Under the pieces are notes generated by a model that was not told the origin of the DNA, searched no databases, and worked only from the letters and a program-made list of their open reading frames with translations. This document shows positions 38,901-64,000 of a DNA stretch of 64,000 nt, piece after piece; within the stretch, counting starts at the first letter, position 1; each line of letters opens with the position of its first letter. The position numbers and the translations under genes were made by a program. The DNA comes from Macrostomum lignano (Eukaryota): contig NIVC01002690.1 in NCBI GenBank assembly GCA_002269645.1, positions 62,001 through 126,000 on the forward strand, read 5' to 3'.

Positions 38901-40406
38901 TTACTCATGTTCACCCTACATGCTGCTCATGTTCATCCTACATACTGCTCATGTTCATCCTACATACTGCTCATGTTCAACCTACATACTGCTCATGTTC
39001 ATCCTGCATACTGCTCATGTTCATCCTACATACTGCTCATGTTCATCCTACATGCTGCTCATGTTCAACCTGACATACTGCTCATGTTCATCCTGCATAC
39101 TGCTCATGTTCATCCTACATGCTGCTCATGTTCAACCTGACATACTGCTCATGTTCATCCTGCATACTGCTCATGTTCATCCTACATACTGCTCATGTTC
39201 ATCCTACATGCTGCTCATGTTCACCCTACATGCTGCTCATGTTCATCCTACATACTGCTCATGTTCATCCTACATACTGCTCATGTTCATCCTGCATACT
39301 GCTCATGTTCATCCTACATACTGCTCATGTTCATCCTACATACTGCTCATGTTCATCCTACATACTGCTCATGTTCATCCTACATACTGCTCATGTTCAC
39401 CTACATGCTGCTCATGTTCACCCTACATGCTCATGTTCATCCTACATGCTGCTCATGTTCACCTACATGCTGCTCATGTTCATACATGCTGCTCATGTTC
39501 ATCCTACTACTCATGTTCACCCTACATGCTTACTCATGTTCACCTACATTCTGCTCATGGTCTTGATGACAAAGTAACTTTCAGAGTCGAGCATTGCAAA
39601 AGATTCGCAACACCTGCTGCTGCTCACCTCAGCCAAGTCGAACACCGACGGACCCGGCGTGAAGACAGCATCAGCCGAGCCTGACTCGAATGCCGTGGAC
39701 ATCGGCGCGTCCAGTCTGGACGGGACTGTGGCGAAGACCGGCTGGTTGAGGCGGCTGGTTGAGCCGAAGGACTCCATTGCCCTGCGGTACTGCAGCAGAA
39801 ACTCCAGTTGGTATTCACTGTCCAAATTTGTGAAAACTGCAATGTGGCATTGGGACTGGTGGTGGCAGGTGGCTCATTGTGAGTAAAATTCTCAACTTGT
39901 TCAGATTTTATTATAATTTAGCTATGCTTCTGCAACGGAAATGTACTCAAATCTGGTATGTACTCAGAAGCGTTTTGATGAAGATTACTCAGCATCTTCA
40001 ATTGCATGTCAAACCCCAGGACTTACCTGAACTCTTTGTCCATCTCTGCCGTTGCGCAGCCGCCACCTGCTCGGTAGACTGGCAAACCTCAGCCTGGCAA
40101 GAGGCTGGAAATGAATGTCAAACATAAATAGATATTTTAGTGCAGTAAATAAGCAGCTGCAGCCCCACAGTTGACTTCGCCACGCGACTTACCGCCGAAC
40201 CAGCGCTGCAAAATGATATTGCTAAGAGCAGCATTAATCCGCGATGAGGCATCCCAGCTGCTGTTGCTGCTGCTGCAGTTTCTCCCTGTTAGAGTTGGCT
40301 GCTGTTTTGAGTTGGACAGAATGACCGCGCGAGCTGCGCAGCTGCTGGCATCTGCAGCCCAGCCGTGTCCGACCACGCTGGAGAGGATTAAAACTATGGA
40401 CAGCAT
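29997..40406 (-). CDS. Single-pass membrane receptor with two tandem class-C-GPCR-like Venus flytrap (ANF_receptor) domains (~1209 aa)
   Basis: Exons 40193-40406, 40027-40104, 39628-39836, 38089-38556, 36897-37238, 35656-36039, 34248-34703, 32634-33496, 30635-30945, 29997-30300, all AG/GT and phase-consistent given one missing base near 32864-32866. Signal peptide MLSIVLILSSVVGHGWA. VFT1: DLAEAAYQLVTGLNWTYIAVV. Linker: SECSGVCPNC. VFT2: GDYYIGVIAPV, GYVIIDSC, VGALSSTSS, PLVSYGSTSTVLND, YPSFARTVVTD, DYIVVVFADTDYG. TM: HLALLLLLLLLPAGICAGYF then a basic RQKCQKLRK. AATAAA on the minus strand at 29606-29611. Confidence 0.78.
31070..32420. repeat. 34-bp minisatellite TTTCCGAAATTCCCTCTCGATTTTTGCAAGATTC
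   Basis: About 38 copies in the VFT receptor intron; source of many spurious ORFs. Confidence 0.95.
33540..34145. repeat. 22-23-bp G-rich minisatellite GTTGAGTGTCAGGTAGGGGGAGG
   Basis: About 26 copies. Confidence 0.93.
34712..35570. repeat. 24-bp minisatellite CAGGGAGGGTGAATGGCTCAGTGT
   Basis: About 35 copies. Confidence 0.95.
36112..36290. repeat. 29-bp minisatellite TTTAGGGTCACCAGCCTATTTCAAGGTCA
   Basis: About 6 copies. Confidence 0.9.
37330..38080. repeat. 14-15-bp repeat (CCCTACCCCTGCTT)n; G-run array on the sense (minus) strand
   Basis: About 50 copies. Confidence 0.95.
38800..39550. repeat. 22-bp minisatellite TGCTCATGTTCATCCTACATAC
   Basis: About 33 copies. Confidence 0.93.
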
Positions 40407-42151
40407 GACGGATGCTGATCCTGAGTCCGTTTAACAGAATCGAGTTGATGCAGCATGTGTAAACTGTGTAAACACCAACGTTTATACTTGACTAAACACA
40501 GCTGCCTCGCCAACTACCTTGCAAAACACAAATGTACACTGCCAATTGTTCGAGAGATACCATTGTGCGCCCGGTTGTACAGTGAGCGTGTTCTCGCCCG
40601 AGTTTTACAGATCTTATTGCTCAGCATCTCTTGTCGGAATTTTTATAGTCCTCTTCTTTTGCTGCGGCCCGCAATTTATAAATACTGCGCGCTGTAGTCT
40701 ACAGGAAAATGTAGTGGAGTGAGAATTATTAAGAATCACAAAGGCCGCAGAGTTGCAAATTTCTATTCCGTTTGGCTCTAATTCAAGCTCGTAAATTGTT
40801 CCTTTTTTCAAGGCTTTAGGATCAGATGAAGTAAAACGTTACCTGCACCAGCGATGCTGTGTATATAGCCCTGGCTTGAATATCCCCTATTGGGTTTACA
40901 TGTACGTACATGTACGTGTGTCTTGAGGATTAGTATATGTAATGCAATTCATATGTACAGTATAACGGTGAAATTGGGAGAAGCCTGGTGAGATATACAT
41001 AATTACGAGCTAAGTGTTTGTCAACTTAGTTTGTTATTGTCCAATTGCTGGTGGGACAAATAACGAAGAATGAACTAACACTTGGCAGAGGCTAGCTATA
41101 TTTAGCAACAGGCGGCCAGTGAAAGTTTTAATATTATATGTGAAACTATTAACATTAATCTGTACGAACCCTTCTATGAATAAATACGCACACAAGCACA
41201 AAGTAAAACGGCCCAATTGGGGGCCAACACACGCTGAAATACACAGGGAAAACAGGAAATAATGCAATTTTTGTCAGTTTATGTGCATAAATCTGACAGT
41301 TATGTTAGCATACTTTTTCATTGTCTGGAATATGCATTTGCAAGTTGCACATGCACATGTATATTATGATTATATCAGATCGCAACAACTACATGCACGT
41401 ACACTAAATGTAATGTAACGTCTGATGCAGACATGTACGTATAATGTACTGTACATAGGCGTGCACAGGTATGTACACAGTCCTTGTCAGATTAATCTTG
41501 CGGCCGATGCAGTTATTTATTTCTATCTAGCAGATTTCATTCTGTGCACAAAATATAGTTCGTAATTAATTCCACGGTCGAAGTACGAAAGCAGCCAGAC
41601 GCGAACACCAACGTAGGGAACGATCGGCGCACAAAGCCATCAAGAAAGCCCTATAAAAAATGTACTTAAATGGATGGCTAAAACGAATTTATTTTGACGC
41701 AAAAAGTAAAACAAACGATCAAAAACAATTAACGGAAAGCGAAACAATTTATATATAAAAGATAAAAAAGAAACCACAAAAGAAAAAATTGGCTCTGTGC
41801 AAAACAAACAAGGCGAGCGAAAACAACGCGAGGCATTAAAACCATCGGGGGTGGTGGGTGTGCGCGGGGTAGAGAGACGGGAGCTAGGAGCTAGGGCCAC
41901 GATGGAGGGAGAGAATTAGTACAATTGCACACAATTAGGCGTACGGACAGAGCATGAATTAAGGGAGAGAGGGCAAACGTGTTGGTGCCCTACCGGTTAT
42001 TAAACCACCGTAAACGTCACCCTAAAAAGGGCTCGCTAACGGGTAATGCATGTGTGAGCAGCAGCCGGGGAGCATTCCCCACGATTGATTAACAGCTGCC
42101 TTGTTAGAAAGTGTATGCATCTACGTGCTTGTAACGTCGAAAAGCAGGTTA

Positions 42152-42336
42152 TTTCACAAGGTAAAAATTTACAACTTCGAAAACTTTAGCAAGGGACTTC
42201 ATAAGCTTGAAATTTCACATCGAAAGCTGAAAGTACAAGAACCATGAGTGTGTGTGTAGTTTTCATGTTGTGAAATTTCGACCTTCTATGAAGTCCCTTG
42301 CTAAAGTTTTAGACGTTGCAAAAGTTTGTTGTGAAA
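42152..42336. mobile_element. Small foldback/MITE-like inverted repeat
   Basis: Perfect arm AAAACTTTAGCAAGGGACTTCATA at 42180-42203 with its reverse complement ending at 42310; imperfect extension on both sides. Confidence 0.6.
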
Positions 42337-45019
42337 CACTTATAACTTATGTGGAAATCAGAATATATTTACTATTTAGTAAAGTAAAATATTTTTAGTG
42401 GCTTAAATAGTTGAAATATGTAAAATGCTTTGTTTTACTCAAGTAAATACAGAAGCAAAAATTTAACTTATAATTTTTTACCGGTTTAAAACCAGATTTT
42501 CCAGGTATTATTAGATCAACAACAATACAATAGGCAGTGCTAAATTTTATCAGATTAGTAACCCGATGATCGTACGCTGCTTCTATACGTCTGTATGACT
42601 GTCTGTATTAAAACTGCAGTTTTTTACTCAATATCGACACAGCAGCACAGCACAGGCAGATGCATAAACTATTAGCCAAACTATTACTAGGCCACTAGGG
42701 GCCTATGACAATCACGATTCACGTCACGCTGAAGTTGAAAGGATAGGCTTCTGTAAGGCGCTCTATTAGTGGCATATTAGTTTTCGTCTTTAATCTAAAT
42801 GTAAGGTAGCTATATATTGTTTTGAACCGTTTAAAATATTGCTTGTAATGCAATAGTTTTTTAGTTTTTAGGCTATCACGTGTGATTAGTAATAATCTTG
42901 CCCTTAAAACTAGGCCTATTCTAGATAGATTCTCATTTGACACGACAATCAAAAGATTAACTCTTGCATCCATTTACAAGAAATATAAAAACAATCACAA
43001 CTTATTGCTTCTCTATTATGGAGTCAAAAAATTCTGCTATTGCACCTAGTGTTGATGATAATCATGATACTAATAAAAATGGTAAGTATTTATTTAATTA
43101 ATTTAATAATAATAAATTAGACCTAATGCCCTAAAAGGCCCAGGCCTAATAATCGATAAAATTGGCAAAATCTGCCTATTAATTAGGCCTAGGCCTAATA
43201 ATCATTTGTCTTTAAAGCCTCTAGGAGGTTTGAACTTTATAATAATTTTTAAAGTATAATTGTTTTTTTCAGACTTCTTGAATTTTAGGTATGTAATAGG
43301 CCTAGTAACATATAAAATACTTTCAATTTTCCAATTTCTTTGAAACTTTTGCCAGGCCCAGAGTCTTAGAGAGTGGTCAAAATGATATTTTGATAATGAA
43401 GCAAAAAACTGCAAAAAATATCTATAGGGATAATACAAGCTTGATTTGTTAATTTTCTATGTCTCTTTCCAAAGGTAACCATAACTGTTGATATTAATTA
43501 TTTTTGATAAGATTAGGCCCTATTTTCCTGTGTAAATGTTTGATCACTTGCTGAATTTTTAATTTAAGCTTCATTGAAATTTCTCTTTAGCCAAGTTTAG
43601 GACCCCTAATTGGTATTGGAATTTATTTACCTAATCTTCAATAGACCCCTATTGCCTCTATTGAAGTTTAGGTAAATAAAATCAGTCCCTATGAAGATTA
43701 TTCCCAATCTAAAAACCCTTTATTTCTCATGCCCCAGTTGTTAATGATTGTCAGCCCTCCTTGATACTTGTCCCTGGTCCCCCCTTCCCTAAGACCTGCC
43801 TCCCCCCCCCTGAGACCTGCCTCCTTCCTCAGTCTCTAAATTGATCTACCTAATCATCAATAGACCCCTATGTCTCTATTGAAGTGTTTAGCTTTATTTG
43901 ATATATAAAATCAATCCCTATGAATATTCTTTCTACCCTAAACCCCCCATTCCCCAATGCCCAATGGTTGGCTTTATGCTATAAAAAATGAAGCTCAAAT
44001 TTGAAATCAGCACTATCAAAAACCTGAAAACAAAATTCTATCCTGTTTTAGATCAACTATTAGATTATTTATTTTGTTATAGGTTTGGCATTATTTTAGA
44101 CTTAGAAAAATGGTGTCAATTTGGCATTGGAAGTCTAAATCCAAGATGCCAAAATCAAAATGAAAGTCAAGATACCATGGTCCATAGTTTGGATAACTCT
44201 ATGTACCCTAAAAAACAACCCATTTTTTGGTATCCACCAATGTATGCCAAATATATTACTTTATAAAAAGCTTCATATCTTCAATTTTGAAATGTTACTA
44301 TTAGACTAGTGATTTTGATATTTAATTTCAATTAAATAAAGTTCAAATGTTACAGTGATAATTAGATTAGTATAATGTTTTGTATATATAGTAAAACAAA
44401 AATAAAGTTGACGTTTTATTGAAATTTTAAATCCCTACCTTTTAAAAACATAGAAAACAGTTTTGTATTAAATAGTTTTCAAAGTATTCAAATATTAACA
44501 TTTTTAAATATTTATTAATTTATTAATAATTTTTTTAATATTTTAATATTAATTTTTTTAAATAACAAATTATTTAATCATTGCCTTGTTTAAAACTGTT
44601 AGCCCTAATAATTTTATTATAGACAATATATAAATTTTACATTTTAAACTTAGTGATAAGCTTATTTGATTGACAGTAGAGCAAGACTACTAACTAGCTA
44701 ACTACTACTAACTAAACTACTGGTGGGGTACAGTGCATGCTAAGAGGTAGTGTAAGGTTATATACAAGTGTTACAGGATAGGCAAGCAGAAAAGTAAGCT
44801 GCAACTAGCAATAGACAATAGCTCAAGAGCAAAGGCATAGGGGGCTACTGACCAGCCACATATAGTAGATGCAGCAACTTATCTGCTAGTAAATGGAAAT
44901 GGTTGTGGGCATAGTTGCAGAGCTATAGGATATTTTTGTAGTTACAGATAAGGATATAGATATAGATAAGGCTGAAATTACTTTTTGTAGATATAGATAT
45001 GGATACAGATTAGTTTTTT

Positions 45020-45380
45020 ATTAGAGGCAGGGGGTTGTGTGCACCCTGGCGCACTTTATGCGACATAGGCACACAACTGGCAAGAGGCATTACTGCCCAT
45101 TCCGCCGACTCCCCTGAGCAGGCATACAAGCGCGCAGATACATACACAGGCACACACTCACACAGGAGTGTACAGTGGCCCTAACTTTATTTTATTGTTA
45201 GGCATGTACACTTCACTGCGCCTTAGGGGGTTGGCTCTCAAGGCCATTAATTGCACAAGCAGAGCCAAGCCAAGATTTCAATTCAGCCCCAAATTAATGT
45301 GACTGCACTTGGAATCAAGCCTGGGTCGCTAGCACACCAGGTCACCAGAGCAGCTGCGCTACTGCTGGGCTACGGCCCCC
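45020..45380 (-). mobile_element. Putative tRNA-derived SINE
   Basis: Minus strand begins GGGGGCCGTAGCCCAGCAGTAGCGC (tRNA-like 5' end and A-box), with a B-box-like GGCTTGATTCC at 45311-45321. No clean cloverleaf; the 3' end is approximate. Confidence 0.45.
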
Positions 45381-46518
45381 TCTATATGGATACAGATAAG
45401 GCTACAATAACTTTTTGTGGATATAAATATAGAGTATAGGAACTTTTTAGATGTGGTGGAACTCTAATTTATTATAATCTAAATTCATTTAAGGTTTTCT
45501 AGGGTCTATGTGCCATAGCCATAAGCAAAACTATAGCTTATTCCAATCCAATTCTCCATATTCTGTAGCCATAGAGACCCCAATATTACCACATTCCTGT
45601 AGTTCCCATAGCTATAGTTTTAACAAAAAATCTAGGAAACAAAATATTTTGAATCAAGAAAATAACCTGGTGCTTAAAAACTGCAAATTAGGGTAAAAAA
45701 TACAACAAACACTCAATTGTCTCTGTAAGATTATATTTTATCCTTTTTACAAAGAGTAACAATACTTAATCACTACTGAAAGTACTAATGCTGAACTTTT
45801 TCGCATTGATAAAAGTTAGCATTTGCTAGTGTTTTACTTGTATTGTACTTTATTTGGTATATCCTATAAGTTTCTAAGTCTATAATACAATTTACCAAAG
45901 TATCTTTGTTTTACTCTACCTGTTTCTAATATTTTTTAGAGACAACAGAATAAAGGAATCTACGGAATGTGACAACAACTACCATATTTCTATAGTCCTA
46001 GCCATAAGAGCAGCTATCTACTGTAGGCATATCTATAGTTGCCATAGGCACCTGTTTTACCAAATTTGCCATAAGATCCTGTAGTTGTAGCTGTAGCTGT
46101 GGTGGAACAGTAGTTTATAACCATCTTATAAAATTATTGTGAATAAAAATTTAAGTAATTTATATAAGCATAAATATAAAGGCAAATTTTCCATTAAAAT
46201 ACCTGTAATTTGACCATTTCATATGGGAGAAGAAAGACGCTTTAATAAAGTCTTGTCTACTTAGTTTTCAGTAGTTTGTAAAGGATTGTATGGCTGAAAT
46301 CTAGTACATTGATTCCAATCTTGTTATTGGGATGCAAAGCTGCCTACCTTGCCATTGGCTAAGGGATTTAGGGGGAGAGAGGTGACTGCGGTTAGACATG
46401 CACTGACAGAGCAGGTCTGGAATTTATAAAAGTAGACAAATGGACTGAGGTTCTGGTAATTCGTCTCCTACTTGTCTTTCGCATCTAAATGGGAGCTACT
46501 GCTTGATTTTGTTGCCAA

Positions 46519-46687
46519 ATGTCTCTGTCTTATATCGCTCGTCAACAACTGTTGACTGACAGCTCAACTGCTTCAGCGGCTCCTGCTACTATGTACAACA
46601 AGATTAGCAACGATGTTATTTATGAAGAAGAGCTTGATAATTTCACTGAATCCATTTTGACCTTGCCCGTGTCTGTTAGTCTGCCAG
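46519..46687 (+). CDS. Candidate alternative first coding exon of MAP7
   Basis: TATAAAA at 46425-46431, ATG at 46519, open frame to CCA G|GTAGGA. The phase-1 donor fits the acceptor at 54957. Confidence 0.4.
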
Positions 46688-46734
46688 GTAGGAATTGCCA
46701 AGTCCTCAGATTTCAGTTAAATCTGTAGACTATC

Positions 46735-47075
46735 TATCAATCAATTGGTCTGTAGACTGTCAATCAACTTTCTGTAGACTGTCAAATGACTGTAGACTGT
46801 CTGTAGACCGTCTGTAGACTTTCAATCGACTGTATCAACTGTCTGCAAACTGTCAATCGGCTTTCTGTAGACTGTCTGTAGACTTGCAAACTGTTAATCG
46901 GCTTTCTGTAGACTGTCTGTCTGTAGACTGTCTGTAGGCTGTCTGTAGACTGTCTGTAGGCTGTTTGTTGACCGTCTGTAGACCGTCAATCAACTGCCTG
47001 CCGACTGACAGTCGACTTTCTGTAGACTTTTAAATGACTATAGACTGTCAAACAACTGTCTGTAGACTGTCAATC
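46735..47075. repeat. Degenerate CTGTAGACTGT / TCAATCAACT repeat
   Basis: Direct reading. Confidence 0.7.
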
Positions 47076-47813
47076 AATCAGTCAATGAGGGGCTGTCAAA
47101 CTCCCATTCTCAAGGCGCCTTCAAGACACACGGCAAAACAACTCTTAGTACAAGTCAAGTTCAGACGGCAAAGTCATCGGGTGATTGGCGAGTCCAAGGT
47201 CGGTCCCAATAGTTGCTCGCTCGTACACGGCTCACCCCAAATTTGCTTACCCCCACAGCCGGCTACGAAATGTAGATTTTTTTCTCACTTCACTTCCTTG
47301 TTCCTCATTTGCTTGAGTGCAGATTTCCCAGTCCGCCCCCTGCCTTACCCTGTCTGGTGCCGGTCGCCGGGTGCAAGGGCAGCGTGCGGTGTTACAAATT
47401 CTTGCGAGCGGTCTGGGGATTGGCTTGTAGCTTAAACAGCGGTAGGGATATGGGGAGATGCAAGCGAATGAGAGAGCACTGTTGAGTTGAAACCGGCTGG
47501 CAGGTAGCTAGCCCAGCCCTCTGAGTCACATTTTGTTTGCGCGGAGGCCCTGGGGGGAGGGTGTCTGGCCTGTTCTATACTTGGCTTGCCGGCATTGGGG
47601 TGGGGGGGGGAGCCCATTGTTGTTTGGCCTTCCCGCGTGCCTTGCCTCGCTATCCATTCTTTTCTCCTCTTCTCGCCTCATTTTCTCCCATCGATGCGTT
47701 CAGCCGGGCATTGAGTTTCTCCCCTGACTGCTACTTGAAGCTGACATTTAGCTGGAATTCGCATAGCCAATGCAGTTTGCAATATATATGTATGTCAAAT
47801 AGATAGGGCGCTA

Positions 47814-47848
47814 ACTAATTAGCTGACGAGGCATTTTCAGCCATAGTA
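47814..47848 (-). pseudogene. Second short 28S rRNA-derived fragment
   Basis: Minus strand AAATGCCTCGTCAGCTAATTAGT matches the 28S core at 22/23 and is preceded by ACTATGGCT; the R2 core is deleted. Confidence 0.6.
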
Positions 47849-47875
47849 GTTTTGCTCATTAGTGCGCATCTGTAA

Positions 47876-64000
<16,125 letters not shown>

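Noticed and set aside
29997-40406. Calling the gene a metabotropic glutamate receptor or Venus kinase receptor
   Set aside because: No 7TM, complete nine-Cys domain or kinase motifs between VFT2 and the stop; only one hydrophobic helix.
45300-45380. tRNA gene
   Set aside because: A/B-box-like motifs are present but I could not fold a canonical acceptor stem or anticodon arm.

Overview
Eukaryotic (animal) genomic DNA with GC-rich spliced exons in introns packed with private minisatellites and (CTGT)n tracts. The style resembles the flatworm Macrostomum; that assignment is inference. Four spliced genes were built by hand. (1) An NCX/SLC8-type Na+/Ca2+ exchanger on the minus strand (ATG 9473, runs off the left edge). 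(2) HPD on the plus strand (24114-28313). (3) A ~1209-aa minus-strand receptor (40406-29997) with a signal peptide, two tandem class-C-GPCR-type Venus flytrap (VFT) domains, ONE transmembrane helix and a short Pro-rich tail with YAEM and YEN motifs; it has no 7TM, kinase or cyclase domain. (4) MAP7/ensconsin on the plus strand (from 46519 or 47876, runs off the right edge). Also present: a young 5'-truncated LINE, two Mutator-like MITEs (one with a perfect 9-bp TSD), a long-TIR element, a putative tRNA-SINE, a putative Helitron-like element, and two degenerate 28S rRNA fragments that have both lost the R2/I-PpoI target core. Each of the five long coding units carries one inferred 1-bp indel in a homopolymer, most likely long-read assembly error. 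Most long ORFs in the track are translations of tandem repeats. The best candidate for an undescribed system is the tandem-VFT single-pass receptor.
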